Positions 29,601 to 36,392 of a stretch of 36,892 nucleotides of DNA are shown piece by piece; position 1 is the stretch's first letter; each line of letters opens with the position of its first letter. The DNA is from a virus (taxonomy: Duplodnaviria; Caudoviricetes). A program made the translations under genes and the position numbers. The notes under the pieces are model-generated. The model did not search any database. It worked only from the letters and a program-made list of their open reading frames with translations, and had not been told where the DNA came from. The stretch spans positions 1-36,892 of IMG/VR virus record IMGVR_UViG_3300036783_000128. The stretch is one strand, 5' to 3'.

Positions 29601-30295
29601 TTGATTCTCAAAACCATATAGTAAATACTGTATGGGGTGGGAAAGAGATTAAATTCAAAGACGGATCGAGTGAGTTTGCAAGTTTCGTAAAGAGTAGCTC
29701 CTACGACTCTGATTTGAAGCTAGGTCATTTGAAATTCCGTGTTTCTAATCACGCTGACTATTCGGGTTACGGTGTACAAGTAATGTACGGTGCAGGTATG
29801 GGGAATCTATACGGGGCAACTATTAGAGCAAAAGACAACATGTATGCTACTAATTTCTTTCCTAACTCCACACGTGCAATCAAGACTAACATTACAGAAC
29901 TACCTTTCTCAGCGTTGCAAAAATTAAACTCTATCTGTATCAAAGAATACAATTTTATTAGAGACGTTGAGGAGTTTAATGCAGGCTTTATAGAATACGT
30001 TCCTAAGAAGTACGGAATGATTGCAGAGGAAACGGATGGTATCTTTACTACTAAGAGTAAGGACGCTGTTTCACTGTATGACATAGCTTCTATAACAGTA
30101 GCTTCTGTACAGGAAGTTGACTGGAAAGTAGCAAATGTAACCTTTGATGTTGGAATGCTGAAGCAGGAACTTGAAGCACAAAAACTTAGGGAAGTGACTC
30201 AAGATGAGCGAATCGCAGCATTAGAAGAATTAGTTCAAAAAATGATAAATGGAGCGCAAACAACTGAAAATACAACGCTAACAGAGCAGCCATAA
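23630..30295 (+). CDS. Tal / tail spike-fibre protein with several carbohydrate-binding-like modules and a C-terminal S74-type chaperone
   Basis: 2221 aa; N-terminal Tal-like region; coiled coils; STRAIKTNI...YGMIAEE. Confidence 0.85.
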   Translation: MREISGDLHIVDYKTKMVIASLKPEDYIEDLRHWELKDNADILDIKLLDESPFLIYFQQKNLILKETLPGVITPYVITEIAKDSAAHTATVYASGEWIKLDKDAYITPQKITSKDAAYYMNFATARTIWEVGVIEAVGTRTMTIDTFISPLRFIKEVATLFDNVEIQYRIVMNHTKPPTRYIDLVKKRGRETDKEIILGKDLLGIKRIENSENIITALVPFVMGRDADGNDKLITIESVNNGLQYIVDEAAYQRWNVDGKHLFGFYTPETDNEDMAPARLLTLAKTELKKRVDTIVSYEVDSVDISRVFGYGHEAVGEGDTIRIIDEGMNPTLYLEARAVSGDESRKDKRKNKYTFGNFVEIINPDEALRKLYQKMLTMIGDKAPKEWFGALETKLEETKKKADTAAEESQTAKDLANATKDYMDQNLVDIIESVTPPTANLKDGKTLWSDTSDPANKVLKLWKGGAWIIISPDTKPLNTALTQAQNDITKAKQDITTNKGLLDTAKSEIQGNINTEKQRITDLTTTVGKKVDKTWIDQQLLDKADKSGVYTKDYIDQNTVGKQVYETDKAGNVQKFTDMSTDITRNANAIKSKAEQSSLDTTNNNVTGVTNRVTTVEQTATGLTTRIGSAESKINTATGDISSLKTKTNTIEQTANGSAQKITELTGQFTQKTNEIINTVETNAQKLTAVETTVKNAKYGRDNLIPNSGMFSNTGGWIPNTPASSTMEIVTEDGFNVMKIKGSIRASNPITLKPDTEYVYSALIKIPVDNVVSDGSGNPLHFWSTIGANPHTAVQRAILEPASKKILANTWTRVSYKFKTLAGAENTLFTPFMYSQEIINSNAFAYVRYFQLIEGNQITEDWQAPSGDIVKKTNEIVQTVESTISRISAVENRKISSNNLVKANSDKMVLLPKNTGQANDNFNFSQIPVEMQMDREYTVSARITFTKGTDTKVTVYPYTNGVATAVDIQAGGYFTHTFKKTNVNTTSVLLYAGQSGATRDKGCEFTEIMITEGNTAVPYAPPSPTIDEYTQKTTAIEQKATGLQSSITATTNRVTAVEGRAGTLEAKTNTLETKSNTLRSDVDGNITDINSLREDVKSNGENLFVDSSCNNEYPKFFDDTGYIINGATHVFWEDYIKLTCTSYADAFYQVGGSLITATHGILPNETLTLSLELMQNVAGGQTLIFQHDGTSWSEAEVKTHTNTGWKRVEHTFKVKANMKGIMVRIRFPRVAEANTKSLWIRQLKLERGSLATPWGMSSVEILKKNNTIKQTTDENSATLTSMNASGMVGANMVYNADMLQRPTNGYPDGWAVSNITNIVWQNPWADEPRGAVFRFNRTNLADTAPNNIVNAYSNKFPVARNKDYTWSVWMYVPVANWTAFKVKNAFIMEYYDNAGTRVQYQDVGLTTDEQNSLKAGNWTRITRTYRPTTAGIVTGAFRLALFHNGDIYYRMPQVEIGAVATGWNRSTVDFAGNYQFEDLNTRSNTMKQTLDGTVSSVNSISQTVGQHTTQITQQGTTITQMNNEIGLRVKTTEMTDYMDSLGNTNELRNSAFEDRVIHPTTGIVTSRTPSISKWNTWTNGVATASFVADSSRNHAGYNSAKIEVTSQPANKSVSLYQGIPISPNSGDYIFSAWFYTDSVAGLDGGAYMEISFYNGGTWVSSKAVQLVPIMTNGAWKFVSATLPAPASTITAVRGNVTINRNGKLWVSQPMLQQGKYPSSFLENSNDYANYEQLVGEVAKKVATTDYNTKITTIESSITQANNAINLRVLSTDVYKKTEADGRFGSKAIVDTHESSITLLKNQIISKVEAGGIASAINQTAQAVLIQAGKIMLDGYVEAKHLKAKKLVGVTIETEAENFSGAKLTLNKSDLTVYRNNVARGYFGFLDRTDGYYQPLLQVGGGWKKDVNSSIAESIMISTIEDYSGAGNLGVIGLAKSMSGNDITYYHSITMNPINKTLTVNSEGDSRYTTTDGDLFIKAVSSRSGYGDISLDSQNHIVNTVWGGKEIKFKDGSSEFASFVKSSSYDSDLKLGHLKFRVSNHADYSGYGVQVMYGAGMGNLYGATIRAKDNMYATNFFPNSTRAIKTNITELPFSALQKLNSICIKEYNFIRDVEEFNAGFIEYVPKKYGMIAEETDGIFTTKSKDAVSLYDIASITVASVQEVDWKVANVTFDVGMLKQELEAQKLREVTQDERIAALEELVQKMINGAQTTENTTLTEQP

Positions 30296-30333
30296 GCTGG
30301 TCTTTTTTTATTGCCTAAAAAGGAGATGAACCA

Positions 30334-30579
30334 ATGCAAGAAATTCAAGATTTAAAGAAAGAGTTCCAACAAGAGATCCAACAGATAAAGTTAGATCAAA
30401 AAGACATGCAACGAGACATCAGAAATATCGAAACGCGTACCACTGTCAACGAAAAAGACATTGTAAATATAAACAAACTTCTCGATAAAATCAGCGCCAA
30501 CACTACATGGATTCTTCGAATCATCATTGGGGCGATTGTAACGGCACTTATTGGATTGTTAATGAAAGGAGGTGTATAA
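30334..30579 (+). CDS. XhlA-family lysis protein
   Basis: Coiled coil followed by NTTWILRIIIGAIV TM segment. Confidence 0.85.
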   Translation: MQEIQDLKKEFQQEIQQIKLDQKDMQRDIRNIETRTTVNEKDIVNINKLLDKISANTTWILRIIIGAIVTALIGLLMKGGV

Positions 30580-30580
30580 G

Positions 30581-30820
30581 TTGGTTGAAGTCAGTGTAAT
30601 AATTGCGGTTGTTGTAGCTTTATCCCAAGTGGCGAAAATTCTTGGCTTACAAACTAAATATATCCCATTGCTTAATTTAACGCTTGGCATCCTGCTAGGC
30701 GTTTTATTTTTGCCATTTGATATAAAAATGAACGTGTTCCAGGGAATCATCATCGGTTTATCAGCAAGTGGGCTATACGATCATTCCAAAATAACGAAAA
30801 AGGATGTTGATAATAAATGA
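30581..30820 (+). CDS. Holin
   Basis: KYIPLLNLTLG...GIIIGLSASGLY motif; TM segments. Confidence 0.85.
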   Translation: MVEVSVIIAVVVALSQVAKILGLQTKYIPLLNLTLGILLGVLFLPFDIKMNVFQGIIIGLSASGLYDHSKITKKDVDNK

Positions 30821-31881
30821 AAAAAACTATGAAACTAGCTTCCTCTGTATTTATGACTATATTGCTCCTGTTAAGTTTCAAGACAGGGGCTTTTGCTGAT
30901 AGAACGCTTATTATTCCTGATTTACCAAAACAACCATACCGTTATGGCGTAGGCGCTTATGAAGGCGTTGTTGCTCATTCAACGGCAACTCCAGAAGCTC
31001 CAGCTATTAATATTCAAAAGTATGAGTCTCGTACATGGAGAAATGCATTTGTTCACTACGCAGTAGACTGGAACGAAACAATTCAAATCGCTGACACAAA
31101 GTACATCGCTTATGGCGGTGGACCTGTTGCGAATAAACGTTTTGTACATGTGGAGCTTTGCGAAACAGCAGATTACGATAAATTCAAACGCAGCTATGAT
31201 AAATATGTAAAGCTACTTGCTAAAATCTTGCGTGACCGTGGATTATCTGTAGAAAAAGGATTATGGACTCACTATGATGTTACGAAGTACCTTGGCGGTA
31301 CAGACCATGAAGATCCACTTGATTACTTAAAATTTCACGGTGTATCTGAAGCTCAATTTAGAGCAGATGTACAACGTGCATACAATAATTCTAGTGTAGA
31401 GGTTGCTGTTCCTGAGAAGCCTTCTAAACCAGCAGAAGTTCCAACGGCTGTAACTGATGGTGTAGCTTTTATTGAAGGTGAAAACGTTAACTTACGTAAG
31501 GGACCAGATACAAGTTATTCTAAAATTCGTCAGCTAAACAAACCAGAATCATATATTGTGTGGGGCGAAAAGGATGGTTGGTTAAATCTTGGCGGTGAGC
31601 AATGGATTAAAAACGATCCATCTTATGTGAAGTTTAGTAAGAAAAGTACAGTGGCTTCATCTATTGTAGGAAAACGTGTTGTTTCTAAAGTGGACAACTT
31701 ACGTTTCTATGATTCTGCTTCTTGGCAGGATAAAGATGTTATTGGCTCTGTAGATGCAGGATTAGGATTTACGATTGATGCGAAAGTAATTGTTAATGGT
31801 TCACCGCAATATAAAGTACACAATAGCAAGGGTAAAGCATACTATGTTACTGCAAATGAAGCCTATGTATATGTGAAGTAA
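30817..31881 (+). CDS. Endolysin: N-acetylmuramoyl-L-alanine amidase (Amidase_2) with SH3-like binding domains
   Basis: VAHSTA, AFVHY, HVELC, THYDV..GGTDHEDP; NLRKGP SH3b. Confidence 0.92.
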   Translation: MKKTMKLASSVFMTILLLLSFKTGAFADRTLIIPDLPKQPYRYGVGAYEGVVAHSTATPEAPAINIQKYESRTWRNAFVHYAVDWNETIQIADTKYIAYGGGPVANKRFVHVELCETADYDKFKRSYDKYVKLLAKILRDRGLSVEKGLWTHYDVTKYLGGTDHEDPLDYLKFHGVSEAQFRADVQRAYNNSSVEVAVPEKPSKPAEVPTAVTDGVAFIEGENVNLRKGPDTSYSKIRQLNKPESYIVWGEKDGWLNLGGEQWIKNDPSYVKFSKKSTVASSIVGKRVVSKVDNLRFYDSASWQDKDVIGSVDAGLGFTIDAKVIVNGSPQYKVHNSKGKAYYVTANEAYVYVK

Positions 31882-31882
31882 G

Positions 31883-31919
31883 TAAAAGGGTCTGCTCAAT
31901 ATGAGTAGACCCTTTTTTT
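31883..31919 (+). terminator. Lysis operon terminator
   Basis: AAAAGGGTCTGCTC...GAGTAGACCCTTTT. Confidence 0.75.
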
Positions 31920-31982
31920 GTTTATAAAACATATAAAAAAACTTAAAAAAATTGGATTTTCTTCTATATTTAGCCTATATTT

Positions 31983-32013
31983 ATTTGACGTGAGTCAAAT
32001 AGAATGCTATAAT
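31983..32013 (+). promoter_or_regulatory. SigA promoter with palindromic operator (cassette 1)
   Basis: TTGACG-17-TATAAT with TG; ATTTGAC-N4-GTCAAAT over the -35. Confidence 0.75.
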
Positions 32014-32042
32014 AAGAGTATAAAGAAAAGGAGGTGAACAAA

Positions 32043-32195
32043 GTGGATTGGATGATAATCTTAGGAACGGTAACAGCGTTCATAACAATTTATTCTCAGC
32101 TTTCTTCCGGTGTTAAAAACACAATTGATATTTACTACAAAATCAAGGAAGAAAAAGAAAAGAGTCGCTCCCGCCAAGAAAACGACTCAGAATAA
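32043..32195 (+). CDS. 50-aa hydrophobic peptide with charged tail (type I toxin-like), cassette 1
   Basis: MDWMIILGTVTAFITIYSQLSSGVKNTIDIYYKIKEEKEKSRSRQENDSE; AAGGAGGTGA RBS. Confidence 0.7.
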   Translation: MDWMIILGTVTAFITIYSQLSSGVKNTIDIYYKIKEEKEKSRSRQENDSE

Positions 32196-32243
32196 CACTG
32201 CAAGAGAGGGAAACCTCTCTTGTACCTAAGATTATTATATCAC
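32152..32243 (-). ncRNA. Candidate antisense RNA, cassette 1
   Basis: Minus-strand TGnTATAAT; 5' hairpin 32201-32222; terminator 32162-32188 plus U tract. Confidence 0.6.
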
Positions 32244-32258
32244 ATTCCACTATATTTT

Positions 32259-32441
32259 ATGAAAAAAGTCATTTTCAGTAACTTACCAATTCTTGTGATT
32301 TTAGGATACATTTTGTATCAAATTGATTACACTGACTTACAAACATTAGATTACATCTTCATCGTACTATGTATACTTGCATTTGTAATGATGGTGTTTA
32401 ATTTAGTAACTACCTATATCAAGGAGAAAAAGAATGTATAA
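32259..32441 (+). CDS. 60-aa membrane protein (two TM), cassette 1
   Basis: MKKVIFSNLPILVILG...; no obvious SD of its own. Confidence 0.65.
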   Translation: MKKVIFSNLPILVILGYILYQIDYTDLQTLDYIFIVLCILAFVMMVFNLVTTYIKEKKNV

Positions 32442-32646
32442 ATTTGAAACCAAAGACGACTTAATTCGTTTTATTCAAGATGAAATTGTAAACACTTCAG
32501 AAGCGTTAGAAATTTTAGGGTGTTCACGTCAAAATCTAAATGTAATGGTGCAGAAAGAAAAAGTGAAACCGATTAAAGAAATGCCGCGAGATCGGTTGTA
32601 CTTCAAAGAAGATATTTTAAAAAGCAAAGAACAAATGAGAAAGTAA
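32434..32646 (+). CDS. Xis/MerR-like HTH protein, cassette 1
   Basis: NTSEALEILGCSRQNL...RLYFKEDI; terminator follows. Confidence 0.8.
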   Translation: MYKFETKDDLIRFIQDEIVNTSEALEILGCSRQNLNVMVQKEKVKPIKEMPRDRLYFKEDILKSKEQMRK

Positions 32647-32699
32647 CCTTTTAATTTAAGGTTACTTTTTTTAATTTCAAGGGATATTATAACAAAAAC

Positions 32700-32731
32700 C
32701 TATTGATTCAAATAAATAGCTATGGTATAAT
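32700..32731 (+). promoter_or_regulatory. SigA promoter with imperfect palindrome (cassette 2)
   Basis: TTGATT-17-TATAAT with TG; CTATTGATT-CA-AATAAATAG. Confidence 0.7.
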
Positions 32732-32756
32732 TATATATGTAAGGGAGGTGAGAAAC

Positions 32757-32930
32757 ATGGATTGGGACTTAATAGAAAAGATTCTTCGGAATCTAGCTTA
32801 CATAGTAGGCATGGGGGTAGGAATTACAACCGCAAAGAAAAACATAAACGATATGAAAGATAGAAAGGAGAAGAAAAATCAAGAAGAAATAGAAAAACGT
32901 CTAGCCCGCAAGACTAGACGAAAGAAATAG
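32757..32930 (+). CDS. 57-aa hydrophobic/basic peptide (type I toxin-like), cassette 2
   Basis: MDWDLIEKILRNLAYIVGMGVGIT...RKTRRKK; GGAGGTGA RBS. Confidence 0.7.
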   Translation: MDWDLIEKILRNLAYIVGMGVGITTAKKNINDMKDRKEKKNQEEIEKRLARKTRRKK

Positions 32931-32995
32931 AACAACGGGGGAAGAAATTCCCCCAACCTTAAAAAAATTATAACACAAATCCAATCCATGTAAAA
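32890..32995 (-). ncRNA. Candidate antisense RNA, cassette 2
   Basis: TTTACA-16-TATAAT with TG on the minus strand; 5' hairpin 32938-32954; terminator CGTCTAG...CTAGACG plus U tract. Confidence 0.6.
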
Positions 32996-33175
32996 ATGAA
33001 GTTTGATCGAAACACTTTAACTTTAGTATTGTTTTTGATATTAGTGGTTACAGTAACAAACTATACGAATCCTGAGGTAAGTGACTATTTAGGAATTGCT
33101 TCCACAATAATTTTAACTATAGCACTTGTTATTAATTTAATTTATTCATGGCAAAAAGGCAGGGACGAAAAATGA
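32996..33175 (+). CDS. 59-aa membrane protein (two TM), cassette 2
   Basis: MKFDRNTLTLVLFLILVVTVTNYTNPEVSDYLGIAS...GRDEK; no obvious SD. Confidence 0.62.
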   Translation: MKFDRNTLTLVLFLILVVTVTNYTNPEVSDYLGIASTIILTIALVINLIYSWQKGRDEK

Positions 33176-33417
33176 GTATGGACTACAAAATGAGTCGTGA
33201 AGAAATAGAAAAGTTAGTTAACCAAGTAGTTTTAACAGCAAATGAAACTGCAAATTTATTAGATGTCACAACTCAAAGATTACATGTACTTGTAAAACAA
33301 GGGCGACTTATTCCCATTAAAGTAGTTGATAGGGTTTCGTTATATTTTCGTGAAGATGTAGAAAGATTGGCTGAAGAATTAGAGCAATTAAGGGGAAAAT
33401 TTCGCCCATATGAATAG
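33172..33417 (+). CDS. Xis/MerR-like HTH protein, cassette 2
   Basis: TANETANLLDVTTQRL...SLYFREDV; ATGA overlap; terminator follows. Confidence 0.8.
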   Translation: MSMDYKMSREEIEKLVNQVVLTANETANLLDVTTQRLHVLVKQGRLIPIKVVDRVSLYFREDVERLAEELEQLRGKFRPYE

Positions 33418-33478
33418 TCAAAAGCCCTTTAAAAGGAGGGCTTTTTTTCTTTGCAGGAATTTATTATCCATCATTTTA

Positions 33479-33637
33479 ATTGCATCCGTTGTAGCGTTAT
33501 GCGGTGGGCTGCTTATTATGGTTGGTAGCTAGGAAAGGGGATTTTCTCTGATTTATCGTGCTGGTATTGGTTATATAGTGGTACAAAAGATTCCGTTATT
33601 TATGAGGTTGCTTGTTGAGAGTGCTAAAGCTATTTAG
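33479..33637 (+). pseudogene. Truncated membrane-protein remnant (pilin/VirB2-like)
   Basis: IASVVALCGGLLIMVGS*ERGFSLIYRAGIGYIVVQKIPLFMRLLVESAKAI; internal TAG; no start. Confidence 0.5.
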
Positions 33638-33665
33638 TCCTGCTTATTGCGGGGCTTTTTTCTTT

Positions 33666-33692
33666 GCAGGAATTTTAAACCTACCATTGAAT
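33666..33692 (+). promoter_or_regulatory. SigH-type promoter
   Basis: GCAGGAATT-11-ATTGAAT. Confidence 0.65.
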
Positions 33693-33719
33693 ACTGTCAC
33701 TAGGAGGTGTTGTGACGTT

Positions 33720-34310
33720 ATGACGGACGAAATTGTTTATTCTGCTAGTGAAGTATACAAACGACTAGGAATAAGTGATAGCACCCTGAGAAAGTACATG
33801 GAAGTATTATCACGCGAAGGATTCGCTGTAAAGAAGGATAATCGTGGCAGACGCCAATACACAGACAATGACATTATGGTGATTGAGAAATTAATTGAAC
33901 TAAGCAAGCATGACGGTATGACGCTAGAAAAGGCAGCGAAGATGATTGCTCAGCAAATTGAGAAAGTTAATCCAGATATGATTAAAGAAGAACCTGAGGA
34001 AACGAGTTTAATACCCTTCCACATTCAAGAACAGCTCCAGCAACAGTACAGCGTTATGGCACAGGAAATGAATCAGAACATGTTAGCGATGGAGAAGCGA
34101 CTAAGTGAACAGGCAAAGCAAAGCAACGAGGAAATCAAAGAGAGTATAGAAGCGCATAATGAACGAGTGGAAAAACGATTAGAAGCACGAGACGAGACGT
34201 TGATGAAGACACTGCGTGAGATGCAGGAAACGAAGAGAATGATGCAGGAATTTCGGGATGAGGTTGCGGCTTCGAAAGAGAAGAAAAAGCCGTGGTGGAG
34301 GTTCTGGTAA
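33720..34310 (+). CDS. MerR-type HTH plus coiled-coil protein (DUF3967 / RacA-like architecture)
   Basis: YSASEVYKRLGISDSTLRKY; coiled coil; C-terminal KKPWWRFW; AGGAGGTG RBS. Confidence 0.78.
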   Translation: MTDEIVYSASEVYKRLGISDSTLRKYMEVLSREGFAVKKDNRGRRQYTDNDIMVIEKLIELSKHDGMTLEKAAKMIAQQIEKVNPDMIKEEPEETSLIPFHIQEQLQQQYSVMAQEMNQNMLAMEKRLSEQAKQSNEEIKESIEAHNERVEKRLEARDETLMKTLREMQETKRMMQEFRDEVAASKEKKKPWWRFW

Positions 34311-34367
34311 GGGTTTGTAATAAACTACGCATAGGTAAAAGAGGAATGAAATCTCATTCCTCTTTTT

Positions 34368-35507
34368 CTAATTGTGGATTTCAATTCGCATTAGATCGCT
34401 ACTACGATTTTGCATCTCTAAGCTTATATCTATTTTAAGATTGTTTTTATCTATATGATATGCACCCGTGCGTGTATTAGAAGACACTATTTTCTCAATC
34501 TCTGTACTCAAATCTAAGTTTGGATTTATCATAGTAATCCATTTCTCCCCTAACTCCATTAACGCCTGCTTACTTTGATTTCTATCAATTACAAAATGAA
34601 CAGTAAAGTTATTTTCATTATCGCCAGCTACAGTGAAGTTCCCATAAAATTCAGGAATCCCCTCTAATACAGGAGAGAACAAAGCGATCTCTGAATGTTT
34701 ACCTCCTACCGCTGTATACTTTAATTCCGCATTATATTTTTTGTTGATTGCAGTAACGAGATTTTGTGCTTCTTTAGATATAGATTTTTTTAATACCGAT
34801 GAGCTATCCATCCAACCTTCATGATAATAAATGTCATCGTCTGCTAAATCTTGCGGGATAACAGTAGGCTTTGACTCAGGCTCTTTTTCTGGTTTTCCTG
34901 ACTTAGTAATTGCATTGTATAAGAATTGTGCATACTGCTCACGAGTTACAATATTTTTAGGTTCAAATAGATTATCCCCCGTGCCAGCAGCAATTTTATT
35001 TTCTTGTAATGCGCTGATAGCATTTGTTGCCCAGTAATTCTTATCTACATCTTTGAACGTGGTAGTAGATGTGGCTTTGAAGTTAAAAGCCTTTGTTAAT
35101 ACAGAAGCCAATTGTTCTCGTGTTAGAACATTATCCGGACCAAACTTCCCATTGCCAAATCCGTTCATAATACCTGCCTTACTAAGACTTAAAATTTCTT
35201 TTTCAAACATATGTCCTTGGACATCGCTGAAAGGATTTGGTGCATTAGGTTCATCTGCTGGCTTCAAGTAGGCATATATCAGTCTAGCTACTTGTCCTCG
35301 TGTAATATTATCACCAAAACCAAACATTCCATTTCCATAACCAGCTACAATATTTTTCTCTTTTAAATCCATAATTGCTTTATAAGACCAGTGATCTACA
35401 GGAACATCTTTAAATCCTACCGTTTCTGCTGCTTGCACATTTGTTAGAGGGGTTAGTGTTGTTGATGCGATAACTGTCCCTGCTAAGATTAGTTGTTTAA
35501 AGTTCAT
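34368..35507 (-). CDS. Secreted S-layer homology (3xSLH) protein with unknown C-terminal domain
   Basis: Signal peptide; FKDV...HWS, ITRGQ, LTREQ and VTREQ SLH motifs. Confidence 0.88.
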   Translation of the reverse strand: MNFKQLILAGTVIASTTLTPLTNVQAAETVGFKDVPVDHWSYKAIMDLKEKNIVAGYGNGMFGFGDNITRGQVARLIYAYLKPADEPNAPNPFSDVQGHMFEKEILSLSKAGIMNGFGNGKFGPDNVLTREQLASVLTKAFNFKATSTTTFKDVDKNYWATNAISALQENKIAAGTGDNLFEPKNIVTREQYAQFLYNAITKSGKPEKEPESKPTVIPQDLADDDIYYHEGWMDSSSVLKKSISKEAQNLVTAINKKYNAELKYTAVGGKHSEIALFSPVLEGIPEFYGNFTVAGDNENNFTVHFVIDRNQSKQALMELGEKWITMINPNLDLSTEIEKIVSSNTRTGAYHIDKNNLKIDISLEMQNRSSDLMRIEIHN

Positions 35508-35706
35508 AATTAAATCCCCTTATCCGTAAAATAATGTGTTCACAAAGAACACTGTACGCATTCTATTTTAATATTAACATATAGATATTTAAATTTAAAT
35601 GTTTATTATGGAAATTTTTCTCAAGTAGTTCGTTTCAATTATTTGGTGTTTTTGTCCATCTCTTTGAAAAGGAGAATAAGCAAAAAATATTGTGAAAAAT
35701 CCTTAT

Positions 35707-35985
35707 ATCCCATTCCACTTTCAAGAACAACTGTAGCAACAATACAGCGTTATGGCGCAAGAAATGAATGAGGGTATAGCATCAATGGAAAGACGATTAA
35801 ATGAGCAAGCGAAGCAAAGCAGCGAGGAAATCAAAGAGAGTATAGAGCAGTATAATGAACGAGTGGAAAAACGATTAGAAGCGCGAGATGAGACGCTTAT
35901 GAAAACACTACGTGAGATGCAGGAATTTCGGGATGAGGTTGCTGCTGCGAAAGAGAAGAAAAATCCGTGGTGGCGGTTCTGGTGA
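35707..35985 (+). pseudogene. Duplicated 3' half of the RacA-like gene
   Basis: Aligns to ~34011-34310; in-frame TAG; lacks the HTH and the TKRMMQE segment. Confidence 0.75.
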
Positions 35986-36028
35986 GAATCTAATTACTTA
36001 AAACAATAAGCCCTACAGAAAGCAGGGC

Positions 36029-36292
36029 TTATTTTTGTATAGACATTATGTCATTTAGGTTATTTTGTTCATTTGAATTCAACTTATTAGCGATATAGTA
36101 ATCTAACATTTCATCAATAAGCTCGTAATTTTTCATGTCTTTCATTGTGCAGATGGCTTTTATTTTATTCAGTGTTTCAGGCGATACTTTTATGTTTTTT
36201 CTGTCTGTTGTTGACAAGGACTTCTTTTCCTTTGTTACAGGATTATTTTGAACAGGTACAGGTGTTACAGTCACTAAGTATTGCTTATCCAA
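36029..36292 (-). CDS. Small RHH-like DNA-binding protein (partition locus)
   Basis: KNIKVSPETLNKIKAIC...YELIDEMLDYY. Confidence 0.65.
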   Translation of the reverse strand: MDKQYLVTVTPVPVQNNPVTKEKKSLSTTDRKNIKVSPETLNKIKAICTMKDMKNYELIDEMLDYYIANKLNSNEQNNLNDIMSIQK

Positions 36293-36304
36293 ATTAATCA
36301 CCTC

Positions 36305-36352
36305 TAGTTATATTTTTATAAATTTATAATCTTATACTTTTATAATTTTATA
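36305..36352. repeat. Six tandem 8-bp nnnTTATA units (centromere/operator-like)
   Basis: TAGTTATA TTTTTATA AATTTATA ATCTTATA CTTTTATA ATTTTATA. Confidence 0.55.
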
Positions 36353-36392
36353 AATGCGTTTATGTAGATAGGAATAAAGTTTAACTTCATTC

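Noticed and set aside
28900-30295. Diversity-generating retroelement or invertible tail cassette
   Set aside because: No reverse transcriptase, invertase or template repeat was seen in the window.
7545-30753. Numerous antisense or alternate-frame ORFs within the structural genes
   Set aside because: Shadow ORFs of long genes, with no independent expression signals.
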